This document shows positions 17,406 to 26,266 of a DNA stretch of 64,000 bases, one piece after another. The notes below the pieces were generated by a model. It made no database searches. It was not told where the DNA came from and saw only the letters and a program-made list of their open reading frames with translations. The stretch comes from an uncultured Gammaproteobacteria bacterium (GTDB taxonomy: Bacteria > Patescibacteriota > Patescibacteriia > Patescibacteriales > GWC2-42-12), in NCBI GenBank assembly GCA_964537265.1, contig CAZHZE010000001.1:27103-91102 (forward strand). Direction: 5' to 3'. The translations under genes were made by a program, and so were the position numbers. How positions within the stretch are numbered: the stretch's first letter is position 1; each line of letters opens with the position of its first letter.

Positions 17406-20400
17406 TTAAAATATATTTATATTAACCAAAATTTCATCAATATTGTCATTGTCTATATCGTTTACCGAAACATAGGCGCCTTGTCTGCTTTTTTTATCAG
17501 CAGCGAAAAATTGGCCTAAGAGCTTACCTTTATCGTCAAAAATTCTTACTTGCGGTCCGCCGCCCTGCCCGGCTCCGGCGATAATTTCGTCTTTGCCATC
17601 TCCGTTTATATCTCCTGAGGCAACGTTTACGCCGCCGCGAAAATTCTTGTCAAAAGCGAAAAATTGGCCTAAGAGCTTACCTTTATCGTCAAAAATTCTT
17701 ACTTGCGGTCCGCCGCCCTGCCCGGCTCCGGCGATAATCTGTTTAGTTAAATTATTTTTACTTAATTGAGCTACGGCAAAATTAATATTTATTTTTGAAG
17801 ATACGAAAGGGTTAAAGGAAAAAATAACTTTTCCGTTTTTATAAATAGATATTTTCCCTTCACCATCAACTATAATTTCTTTGGCCCCATCATTATTAAT
17901 GTCGGAAATTAAAATTTTAACTCCGCTGGCCATATTTGGTCGATAAGAAAAAAAACCGTTTCTAACCTGCTGGCCGAAAGAATTAAAAACGCGAATAAAG
18001 CCGCCGTTATAATAAGCGTTATTTTCTATTTCTTTCTGAATTTTTAAAGCGATAAATCCGTCGTTAGGCTTTAATTTAAACCAATTGATTTTTTCTCCGC
18101 TATTTACCATTGGATCTTGCGAGCCTTTTATTTTTTCAAATTCTTCTTTGCTAAAAACGTAAACTTGTTCAACTGAGGTGGAGTTAGTAATAACTATGCC
18201 GTTTTCAAAGTCACGACGCCATAAACCAGCTTGCACGGTTCCGTCTTTAGTATTAAGCAAATTATAAGCCTTAGACTCGGCGCGGCCAAGGTTAATATTA
18301 TACTCATCAAACCACCAAACCTGCGCATGATTCTGGTCGCCTTGATCATAAGAAAAATACCCGTCACCTAATAAAGCGCTAGTTAAACCAAATCTCATAT
18401 TACGCAATTTTTCCGCCCAGCTGCAATCGCCGTCGTTATCAATATTAGAATTAATTATATAAGTATATTTTTCATTGTTATTGTTGAGATAAACATTCAT
18501 TAATTTTGACCAACCATTAGCCCCTAACCATTTAACAGGAAAATTTTCCATCATTTCACCATCTAATTTATCTTTATAAGTCCCGGCAATATTCAAATTA
18601 GCAATTAATGGCAAGGGACTAATTTTTTGTTTAGTATTAACCAATAATTCATTAATGCCATTAAACCAATATTGATTTAAACCGGGCATATTAAGCTTGC
18701 CATTTAATCTTTTATCGGCCGTAACAATATCTCCATTATTTAACCAGTTTAACTCAGAAGAAACCATGTCATAAAAAATTCCATCCCAATTACCATCTGA
18801 TAAAATCTCATCTTTAACAAAATTGGGCAAATAATTTTTCCAACCGCTGCCAATATCCACTATTTTTATAGTAGGCCAGGTGCTATTAAAACTAATAATC
18901 CCATTAGAATTATCTCTAAGCCACCAATTGCCGCTATCAGCGGCTTGATAATTTTTTGCTCTGTATTCCGACCAATCGCCTATTCCTTGTGTGTTAACGC
19001 TCTGGCTAGGCACATAAGCAAAAATCTTTTCTTGCTGATTTTTCGATTTAATATTAAATAATAAATTAGGGGTTAATCTAGCCACTTCAGCGTCAAGAAC
19101 AACTAAATCATATTTAGATAATTCACTTAGGTGCTCTTCGGGAATAATTGGCTGTAAATAATAATTAGCTATTTTAGGAAAAACATCTTTAGAATCAAAA
19201 GCCTGCGTCGACGCAGGAATAAATAAAAAAGAAAGTAATAAAAAAACTGCAGTCGCGTATTTTTTAAAATTATTTTTTATCGAGCGCTTATCTATTAATT
19301 GCTGATAAAATTTTATAATTTCTGATAAATATTTTTCCGGCTGATATTTTGCGCTTACTAAAAGAGCCGCCTGGCTTAATTTTTTTTCATCGCCTTGGTC
19401 TAATTTATGGATGGCGGCGGCTAAACTTTTTTCATCTCCAGCCTTAAATAAGAAACCATTTTCACCATCAACTATCATTTCCTTTAAGCCACCGATAGCC
19501 GAGGCTATAATCGGTTTTCCGGCGGACAACGCCTCTAAAACTACATAGGGAAAATTTTCCGGCCAAATTGACGGAACTATAACTGCGCGAGAATTTATAA
19601 TATAATTATTTAAATCCTGGCCGTATTTTGCGCCGAGCATTTCTATTCTATCCGTTAATTTTAATTTTTCAATTAAATTTTTAATTTTTTTAAAATCTGG
19701 ACCAGCGCCGACAATTTTTAATTTAAACTTTTGTTCAGTTAAGGCCATGGCCTTAATTAAAGTATTAATACCCTTTTCTTCGGCCAATCTACCGTAATAA
19801 AGTAAATATGGCTCACTAGGTAATTTAGGCGTTGAGCCGGATAATGATGCATTATTAAAATTATTAAGCACTTTTATTTTATTTTCCGGAACGCCGAAAT
19901 TAACGCAAATATCTTTCATAAATCTGCTGGGCGCAATAAATAAATCTATTTTTTCATAAACTTTTTTAAAGCGGCAATAATAAGCTTCTAAACTAGCCAA
20001 TAAACTTTTTAAAAATGATTTTTTTAAACATTTATTAAGAGTACAATTATAATACTTTCCGCCGCGGCATTTATAGCAAACTTCTCCGCAAGTAAATAAT
20101 TTATAATTAGGACATATTAATTTATAATCATGCAAAGTCTGCACTATAGGAATATTATATTTTTTTAGAACATTAATAATCGACGAGCTTAATTGATGAG
20201 AAAAATTATGCAGATGCGCGATATCCGGCCGCTCTTCTTTAATTAATTTTTCCAATTGGTTCGCCGCTTCGCTATTATAAAATAATTTAAAAATATTTTT
20301 TAGGCTAAATTTTTCCAAACTAACTGGTTTAGAAAAATAACGGCTATAAGGCGTGGTTTCATTTTTTTTATCCTGCATGGAAAAAGGTATGACCTCATGA

Positions 20401-20492
20401 CCGGCCTTACGCAATAGATCGGATAAAACAAAAAAATGGCGCTCGGATCCGCCTTTTAAATAATAAAATTTATTTATTTGCAGAATTTTCAT
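17406..20492 (-). CDS. Fusion protein: GT4 glycosyltransferase, TM segment, putative glycoside-hydrolase-like domain and FG-GAP/VCBS repeats
   Basis: The N-terminal ~400 aa are GT4-like (PSIWPENFPYVVLEALSAG). A TM segment follows (ATAVFLLLSFLFIPAS), then a W/Y/D-rich TIM-barrel-like region. The C-terminus carries DINNDG / DINGDGKDEIIAGAGQGGGPQVRIFD repeats. Confidence 0.75.
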   Translation of the reverse strand: MKILQINKFYYLKGGSERHFFVLSDLLRKAGHEVIPFSMQDKKNETTPYSRYFSKPVSLEKFSLKNIFKLFYNSEAANQLEKLIKEERPDIAHLHNFSHQLSSSIINVLKKYNIPIVQTLHDYKLICPNYKLFTCGEVCYKCRGGKYYNCTLNKCLKKSFLKSLLASLEAYYCRFKKVYEKIDLFIAPSRFMKDICVNFGVPENKIKVLNNFNNASLSGSTPKLPSEPYLLYYGRLAEEKGINTLIKAMALTEQKFKLKIVGAGPDFKKIKNLIEKLKLTDRIEMLGAKYGQDLNNYIINSRAVIVPSIWPENFPYVVLEALSAGKPIIASAIGGLKEMIVDGENGFLFKAGDEKSLAAAIHKLDQGDEKKLSQAALLVSAKYQPEKYLSEIIKFYQQLIDKRSIKNNFKKYATAVFLLLSFLFIPASTQAFDSKDVFPKIANYYLQPIIPEEHLSELSKYDLVVLDAEVARLTPNLLFNIKSKNQQEKIFAYVPSQSVNTQGIGDWSEYRAKNYQAADSGNWWLRDNSNGIISFNSTWPTIKIVDIGSGWKNYLPNFVKDEILSDGNWDGIFYDMVSSELNWLNNGDIVTADKRLNGKLNMPGLNQYWFNGINELLVNTKQKISPLPLIANLNIAGTYKDKLDGEMMENFPVKWLGANGWSKLMNVYLNNNNEKYTYIINSNIDNDGDCSWAEKLRNMRFGLTSALLGDGYFSYDQGDQNHAQVWWFDEYNINLGRAESKAYNLLNTKDGTVQAGLWRRDFENGIVITNSTSVEQVYVFSKEEFEKIKGSQDPMVNSGEKINWFKLKPNDGFIALKIQKEIENNAYYNGGFIRVFNSFGQQVRNGFFSYRPNMASGVKILISDINNDGAKEIIVDGEGKISIYKNGKVIFSFNPFVSSKININFAVAQLSKNNLTKQIIAGAGQGGGPQVRIFDDKGKLLGQFFAFDKNFRGGVNVASGDINGDGKDEIIAGAGQGGGPQVRIFDDKGKLLGQFFAADKKSRQGAYVSVNDIDNDNIDEILVNINIF
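17502..17738. repeat. Perfect 84-bp direct repeat (17502..17585 and 17655..17738) inside the FG-GAP region
   Basis: The two stretches are identical, are offset by 153 bp (51 codons), and both encode IIAGAGQGGGPQVRIFDDKGKLLGQFFA. Confidence 0.9.
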
Positions 20493-21438
20493 AATGAATC
20501 ATCAGAAAATTATTCCGTAATAACCAAAAAACAAATTTAGGCCAATGTTTTTTAATGGCCATTCTAACCGTGCAGATCATCCAGTTAGAATTTTCATCAA
20601 CTTGAGCATCTGCTAAATTATTAAAACCATTAATTAAATTGCCCATTTTTTTATTAGAAATATCGCACGGGTAAATATCGCCGTATGGATCAACAAATAA
20701 ATTATATTTACCAGAATAATCCGGTAAAATTCTTTTACCGGTTAAAATAAATTCTCTTAAACCAAAAGCAAAATAAGCGCGCAACCATCTTTTAGGTGAA
20801 AAACTTTTTAACTCGCGTTTTATGAGCCAATCAAGCGCTTTAGCCATTTCCTGTTTTTTTTCTATGCGATTTTCAGCATCAAAATAATTATCGCCAGAGT
20901 GCACCGCGGCCAAAGTCATTTCTATATTTAACTCACGGCTTAAATTATAAACTTTAGGCAACTCATCTATATTATAATCACCTAAAGTGAAAGCTATTCT
21001 TAAATTTTTTAAACCAATTTTTTGTAAACCTTTTATGGTTGTCATAACTTTATCAAAACCTCCGGGTATGCCGCGAATTTCATCGTGCTTACCGCCAATA
21101 CCGTCTAAAGAAATAGCGATGCCGAAACTAGGAATAATTTTTCTTATTCTTTTGGCTCTCTCTATAATTAAATCAGTAGCAAAACCATTACTGGAAATTA
21201 TTATGGCGGCTTTAGGGCTGGTCTTAGAAATTACTGTTAAAACCTCTTCTAAATCACTTCTTAAAAATGGTTCTCCGCCAGTAATATTAATATTTGATAA
21301 ATCAGAGGGTATTTTATTATAAACATCAGCTTTTAAGTCGCTGATTAAATTTTTACGCCAAATATTGCACATTCTGCAGCGAGAATTGCATTGATAAGTA
21401 ACAGCTATAACTAAGTCTTTGCAGCTTGATTTTTCCAT
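20470..21438 (-). CDS. Radical SAM enzyme
   Basis: CNSRCRMC (CxxxCxxC) cluster near the N-terminus, GGEPFL, and a Cys-containing C-terminal extension. It overlaps the downstream GT4 fusion gene by 23 nt. Confidence 0.8.
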   Translation of the reverse strand: MEKSSCKDLVIAVTYQCNSRCRMCNIWRKNLISDLKADVYNKIPSDLSNINITGGEPFLRSDLEEVLTVISKTSPKAAIIISSNGFATDLIIERAKRIRKIIPSFGIAISLDGIGGKHDEIRGIPGGFDKVMTTIKGLQKIGLKNLRIAFTLGDYNIDELPKVYNLSRELNIEMTLAAVHSGDNYFDAENRIEKKQEMAKALDWLIKRELKSFSPKRWLRAYFAFGLREFILTGKRILPDYSGKYNLFVDPYGDIYPCDISNKKMGNLINGFNNLADAQVDENSNWMICTVRMAIKKHWPKFVFWLLRNNFLMIHYENSANK

Positions 21439-21507
21439 AATATTATTATAAATTTAATACATTGGATCTATTTACTCAATATTATATATTAACATAATTA
21501 TAAAAAA

Positions 21508-22848
21508 ATGTCAAATAAAAAAAGCACTATAATTCTATTCTTTATCGGGCTCTTACTAGTAAGTCTTTTTTTACTAATCAATCTAGAGGCTAGCGCAAAA
21601 ATTTTATTAGTTATCTTGTTTGGCATTTTTACGATCGCTTTTATAAAACCAATCTTAGGATTACTACTCTTAATAATTATAAGACCATGCTTAGATATTC
21701 TAACTGATCAAGCTATTATTACTACTGATCATTTTAGTTTAAACATTGCTTCAATTATTGCTGTTTTAACTATTCTATTCTCTATTATTATTTTAATTAA
21801 AAATTTTTCCAAAATTAAAACCTTGCCGCTTAAATATAGTTGGATTATTTTTGTCGCGCTAGCCATAATATCAATTTTTTTCTCTTACAGCCCCTATTTA
21901 AGCCTGGCTGAAAGCTTGCGCTTACTAAGCATCTTAGCTGTTTACATTTTAGCTTATTTATTAGTTGATTCAAAGCAAGATTTGCAGAATCTAATTAAAG
22001 CTATAATTTTTTCTGCTATTATACCCTCGTTCTTCGCTTTATGGCAATTCTACACCGATACTGGTTTGTCCATACCTTTCGAAGGAATTTATAACAGAAT
22101 TTACGGCACCTTCGCCCACCCTAATTTGTTTGCTTATTATATTTTATTGCCCATAGCTTTATCGCTTTTTATTTTTCTGAGCGGTAATAGAAAAAAAATA
22201 AATAATATTTTATACTTTTTGTTTGCTATATTTTTTACAATAATTTTATCTCTTACTTTTACTAGAGGAGCCTGGCTGTCATTTTTAATAATTTTGGCGG
22301 TAATCGGAATTCTCCGCTATCGCGCTTTATTAATCAGTGCCATAATTGTTTTAGCTCTAGCATATTTATTAATTGAACCATTAAACTACCGCGTTAATGA
22401 TTTAGTTGCTAACCGCTCCGATAGTTCAATCCAATGGCGAATTAATCTTTGGAATGATGCCAAAGAATATGTTAAAGCTCAACCTTTGCTAGGTTATGGC
22501 GCCGGTACGGCTAGCAACTTAATTCTTGATAAAAGAGGAGAGAAATTCGGCTCCAGCGATCCGCACAATGACTATTTAAAAATTGCTCTTGAAAATGGCC
22601 TTATCGGATTACTAACCTACTTAGCAATTATAGCTGGTTTGTTTATAAAGTTGATAAAAACATATTTTGGCGCCGAACAGCCTAAATTAAAAATTTTAAT
22701 TTTATCAATAATTGGCTTATTAATATCTTTCTATACCATGAGCGCCGCGGATAACATTTTAAGAAACACCGCTTTAATGTGGTCGTTTTGGGCGCTTATC
22801 GGCGGTGTCTTTACTATCTCTGCTATAACGAGCAATCAGAAAGAGTGA
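21508..22848 (+). CDS. O-antigen ligase / polymerase-like (Wzy_C family) membrane protein
   Basis: 446 aa and polytopic. It contains a periplasmic-loop-type motif (FTRGAWLSF ... GYGAGT ... DPHNDYLKIALENG). Confidence 0.8.
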   Translation: MSNKKSTIILFFIGLLLVSLFLLINLEASAKILLVILFGIFTIAFIKPILGLLLLIIIRPCLDILTDQAIITTDHFSLNIASIIAVLTILFSIIILIKNFSKIKTLPLKYSWIIFVALAIISIFFSYSPYLSLAESLRLLSILAVYILAYLLVDSKQDLQNLIKAIIFSAIIPSFFALWQFYTDTGLSIPFEGIYNRIYGTFAHPNLFAYYILLPIALSLFIFLSGNRKKINNILYFLFAIFFTIILSLTFTRGAWLSFLIILAVIGILRYRALLISAIIVLALAYLLIEPLNYRVNDLVANRSDSSIQWRINLWNDAKEYVKAQPLLGYGAGTASNLILDKRGEKFGSSDPHNDYLKIALENGLIGLLTYLAIIAGLFIKLIKTYFGAEQPKLKILILSIIGLLISFYTMSAADNILRNTALMWSFWALIGGVFTISAITSNQKE

Positions 22849-22875
22849 AAACAATCTCACAAATACTTTATCTTA

Positions 22876-22908
22876 TAAAAAAAGGTTCCGTTTGTTCGGA
22901 ACCTTTTG
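22876..22908. terminator. Bidirectional terminator
   Basis: Stem AAGGTTCCG / CGGAACCTT, with an A-run upstream and a T-run downstream. Confidence 0.6.
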
Positions 22909-22929
22909 TGTCTTTTTATTGTTTACTTT

Positions 22930-23604
22930 TTATTTATTGGCTGGCGTCCTTACGGTTATAAAACCATAAGAAGATGAGCAATACCAGTTACCTATAAACC
23001 CCTCGCAGTTATTCGTGCCAACACATTCTTTGTGCCAGCCGTTCCAGTCGGCCTTTAAGTCTTTCCAATAATCAAGGCCTAACTGCAAACAGATTTTACC
23101 TTGCAGTTTAAATTTTGCCTCCACTACATGGTGGGAGCCGTTTTTTACCTCGGCTCTCGATGTCCACCAATGCAATATCTTGTCCGGCGTTTCTTCGGCT
23201 TTTAAAACTAAACAGCCGTTCTCGAGACAAGAATTTTGGATTGGCTGATGCTTATCATCGGCGAACCAATTTGGTTGGCGGCTATATAATCCTCCTTTCT
23301 TTTTATCTAAAAAAGGAGAATCACTTTGGTCGTAGTTCTCTTCAGTAATAATTTTTTCATCGCCTTGCTCATTAATTTCAATGAGCCGAAGAAAATCAAC
23401 AAAGGCTATGCCGCCTTCTCCGCCCTGCTCAGTAGTAGTAGCAACTTGAGCCCAAGCAACAGCAGTAGAAAATCCCGCCGGCGCTTTTTGTCTTAGCACG
23501 TTCTGCTGTTTCCAGATTGCTCCATCTGGATACTTCTGGGTAGTGGCGCAAGACATAAGCAAAAACAATAAAAAGATCATCCCTATAATTTTTAAAATTT
23601 TCAT
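22930..23604 (-). CDS. Lipoprotein of unknown function (exported-protein block, gene 5)
   Basis: I chose the start at 23604 (MKILKIIGMIFLLFLLMSCATT) because AAAGGAGGAG lies 7 nt upstream. It has a lipobox LLMSC and a W/C-rich mature part. Confidence 0.65.
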   Translation of the reverse strand: MKILKIIGMIFLLFLLMSCATTQKYPDGAIWKQQNVLRQKAPAGFSTAVAWAQVATTTEQGGEGGIAFVDFLRLIEINEQGDEKIITEENYDQSDSPFLDKKKGGLYSRQPNWFADDKHQPIQNSCLENGCLVLKAEETPDKILHWWTSRAEVKNGSHHVVEAKFKLQGKICLQLGLDYWKDLKADWNGWHKECVGTNNCEGFIGNWYCSSSYGFITVRTPANK

Positions 23605-23700
23605 GATACACTCCTCCTTTATAAAAGTATTCTTATAAAAATTACGGAACATTATACATTAACATTTTTTTTAATTTTTGTCAACGCATAATACTTTTTT

Positions 23701-23737
23701 AAAAAAATACCCCGGTTTCTTTTATTAGAAACCGGGG
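23701..23737 (-). terminator. Intrinsic terminator after ORF 23762..24289
   Basis: The minus strand reads CCCCGGTTTC-TAATAAAA-GAAACCGGGG followed by TATTTTTTT. Confidence 0.7.
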
Positions 23738-23761
23738 GTTAATTATTTTATCTGTCGAGAT

Positions 23762-24289
23762 TTATTCCCAGGCCGGATAATCTCTTGGCACCGACTTTGT
23801 TTCGCCGGTACTGATTTTTGTAACGAACTGATACGCAATATTGCCTTTTTTGTCAGCTCGACAAAGTTCATCATCAGGGTTGATGTCTAACCAGAAAATT
23901 TTATTTTCTTTTGCTACTTTACCCCAACCCCTCAACATTATAATATCTGACTTTCCGGTACCTTTAACGGTTGCCGTGGCATATCTGCCGGACTTTTCCG
24001 TCTTCACTTTGTAATCGCCGATAGCAACTTTAACCCATTGACCATCAATGTACTCAGCGAAATCGAAATATAATGTCGGCACTCCATCTTTTTGTCTTTC
24101 GGAAAGAGGTATGGCTATTGTTATTCCTTTTTCTGCATCAGGAGCAACTTTCACATATTCTTTTCCGAAACCTAAGCCGCCAAAAGGTGATATAACTTTG
24201 GTATCAGCCGACGGCAATTGAAAATCCGCAAATGCCGTACCACAAACAAAAAACGACACAACAACTAACAACAACCACAACTTTTTCAT
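23762..24289 (-). CDS. Secreted protein of unknown function (block gene 4)
   Basis: Signal peptide MKKLWLLLVVVSFFVCGTAFA. SD AGGAGGAAGTT-ATG. Confidence 0.65.
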   Translation of the reverse strand: MKKLWLLLVVVSFFVCGTAFADFQLPSADTKVISPFGGLGFGKEYVKVAPDAEKGITIAIPLSERQKDGVPTLYFDFAEYIDGQWVKVAIGDYKVKTEKSGRYATATVKGTGKSDIIMLRGWGKVAKENKIFWLDINPDDELCRADKKGNIAYQFVTKISTGETKSVPRDYPAWE

Positions 24290-24336
24290 AACTTCCTCCT
24301 TATATTTTGTTTTATTTTTTTATTTTTCCCAGACTT

Positions 24337-26004
24337 TTAGTAAGACATGGGTTGATTGTGTAACGGTTCATTCAAATTATTAACATTTTCGACTTTCTCA
24401 AATATCGGCTGTTCCACTTTTTTATTGGTCAGCCAATCGTAAAAATCCATCACATACTCGCTAACATCAAGAAGAGCATAAATCTGATATTGATCGCCTT
24501 CGCCACTAAATATCTCTTTATAGATTGCTCCCAAGTTAAGAGACTTAACTTTTTTGTAAGCGAATTTAATATTCGGTCCAATTTCACCGAAATTAAACAA
24601 CCCATCGCTTGCCAAATTTCTTTGAGATAAACCAAATTCTTTTCCAAGTCCAGCTTTTATCGCCGGGGTTATCCGTAAATCACCGATATTAAAATCATAA
24701 ATGGCTTGATCGATGGTTACTTCGTACATCTTATTATCGCTTGTGTCAGGAGCTAAAGGTCCGTTGTCCCAATAATGCTTTTGATCGGCTTTGAAAACAT
24801 GCCGATATTCAGCATTTAGCTCTGTCTCAGGCAAAAACTTTTTGCCTTCGACTCTTCTCGCATAATAATTCAGATGGGCCGAAATAATACCTATTGCATC
24901 CTCCTGCTCGCTGCGGTATTTACCGGTGCCACCTTGTTCTATTGTTGTGCTACCGAAACCACCCTCATTATAAAGGCGGCCATACATAACGTCAATGTCG
25001 CCGTCATAATTTTTGAGGCCGTTTATAAACTTCAAGGAAGGACCAGCAGCCCATTCATTCCATTTATAATTATAGTCCTTGTCATGGCCTTCGCCACCAG
25101 ACAGGAACGCAGCAATACCACCGTAAAAATCCGTATCACCGACTTTACCGATGAAGCATCTTTCTCTGACTTTGAGCCAGTAATAATACCCATCGGCATC
25201 CTGATCCGAATGCGAATTTTCATAATACCCGGTTCCCATGATGAGATCGGTTTTGCAATGACCATTATATTCGCCGCAAGGCTCTTCCTTAACCTCTTCC
25301 ACCGGAATTTCTTCGGGCGGAATCAATAGAGCCATAGGCTCTTCGGGGGGCGCTGGTTCAGGCTCGGGCACAACTTCGGGTTCGGGCGGTGCAGGCGCAG
25401 GCTCGGCTACCACTTCGGGTTCCGGAGGCTTCGGCGCCTCTTCTTTCCACCAAGACCAATTACTGCAAATAAGCGGTTTGATAAGGTAATAAATATAACC
25501 ATCAAACTCAACCTTAGCATACATCTCTGCATCTAGCTGGTCTTCCGGCAACTGCACCTCGACATTATTACGAACCTTATAATTATCGTACATCTGTTGA
25601 GCAAACACTTTCCCAACTTCCATGCGATAAGGTTCACTTTGTTTTTTCTCAACGGCCGCTGTGAACTTCACTTTAACTTCTTCGGGGAGAAGATCAAAAA
25701 GATTCATCTCCATTGCTTTAATAAAATTTCTGCCGTCGAAAGGGTTTGTGCCGCCTTTTTCCCAAATAAAGGGAAAAGCCTTTTCTGGAATTTCCAGAGT
25801 CTGGCCGGGGTAAATCCTATTAGGGTTCTTAATCTCTGCTTCGTTCGCCTTGTAAACAGTTTGCCAATTAAGGCCATACTGCTTAGCGATCGAGGAGAGA
25901 CACTCGCCTTTCTTAACTGGGTGTTGCGTAGCCTGGGCAAGCCCGGTCACGCAAAACATTGTCAGAAAGGAAACGACAACTGCAAAAAATAATGTCTTCT
26001 TCAT
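24337..26004 (-). CDS. Secreted LysM protein with a Pro-rich linker and a beta-rich C-terminal domain (block gene 3)
   Basis: A signal peptide is followed by a LysM motif (GECLSSIAKQYGLNWQTVYKANEAEIKNPNRIYPGQTLEIP). Residues ~188-242 form a PEPEVV/PAPP linker. The last ~300 aa show alternating-pattern segments. Confidence 0.75.
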   Translation of the reverse strand: MKKTLFFAVVVSFLTMFCVTGLAQATQHPVKKGECLSSIAKQYGLNWQTVYKANEAEIKNPNRIYPGQTLEIPEKAFPFIWEKGGTNPFDGRNFIKAMEMNLFDLLPEEVKVKFTAAVEKKQSEPYRMEVGKVFAQQMYDNYKVRNNVEVQLPEDQLDAEMYAKVEFDGYIYYLIKPLICSNWSWWKEEAPKPPEPEVVAEPAPAPPEPEVVPEPEPAPPEEPMALLIPPEEIPVEEVKEEPCGEYNGHCKTDLIMGTGYYENSHSDQDADGYYYWLKVRERCFIGKVGDTDFYGGIAAFLSGGEGHDKDYNYKWNEWAAGPSLKFINGLKNYDGDIDVMYGRLYNEGGFGSTTIEQGGTGKYRSEQEDAIGIISAHLNYYARRVEGKKFLPETELNAEYRHVFKADQKHYWDNGPLAPDTSDNKMYEVTIDQAIYDFNIGDLRITPAIKAGLGKEFGLSQRNLASDGLFNFGEIGPNIKFAYKKVKSLNLGAIYKEIFSGEGDQYQIYALLDVSEYVMDFYDWLTNKKVEQPIFEKVENVNNLNEPLHNQPMSY

Positions 26005-26042
26005 GATCGTTCTCCTTTTTTGATTTTTGTTTTTTGTGTTTG

Positions 26043-26263
26043 GGCGACTTGCCTCTTCAAATAACTCGTATCTTAGATTTTATTTTTTATCTTTTTGGGC
26101 GCTATTGCGTCTTATCCAGCCAATGGCTTTCAAAGCATTCTCCAATTGGAGAACTTTTTTAAGGTTCCCCAATGGGGCGCCTTCCTAAGATAAATCATAA
26201 TTTCTTCGATTCTTATTACTTTTATTAAGCTCGACGCAACAAACAATTAATCCCGCATTGCGG
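26043..26263. repeat. Cluster of short GC-clamped palindromes with a CAAT(T)G core, in the leader of ORF 24337..26004
   Basis: Palindromes: CCGCATTGCGG (26253-63), CCCCAATGGGG (26167-77), TCTCCAATTGGAGA (26139-52) and AGCCAATGGCT (26118-28). Degenerate copies: GGCGACTTGCC (26043-53) and CGCTATTGCG (26100-09). Confidence 0.55.
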
Positions 26264-26266
26264 AAT

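Noticed and set aside
26113-26135. A sigma-54-like -24/-12 element (TGGCTGGATAAGACGCA on the minus strand).
   Set aside because: The GG-to-GC spacing is off by one and the TTGC part of the consensus is missing. No sigma-54 or enhancer-binding protein is evident in the window.
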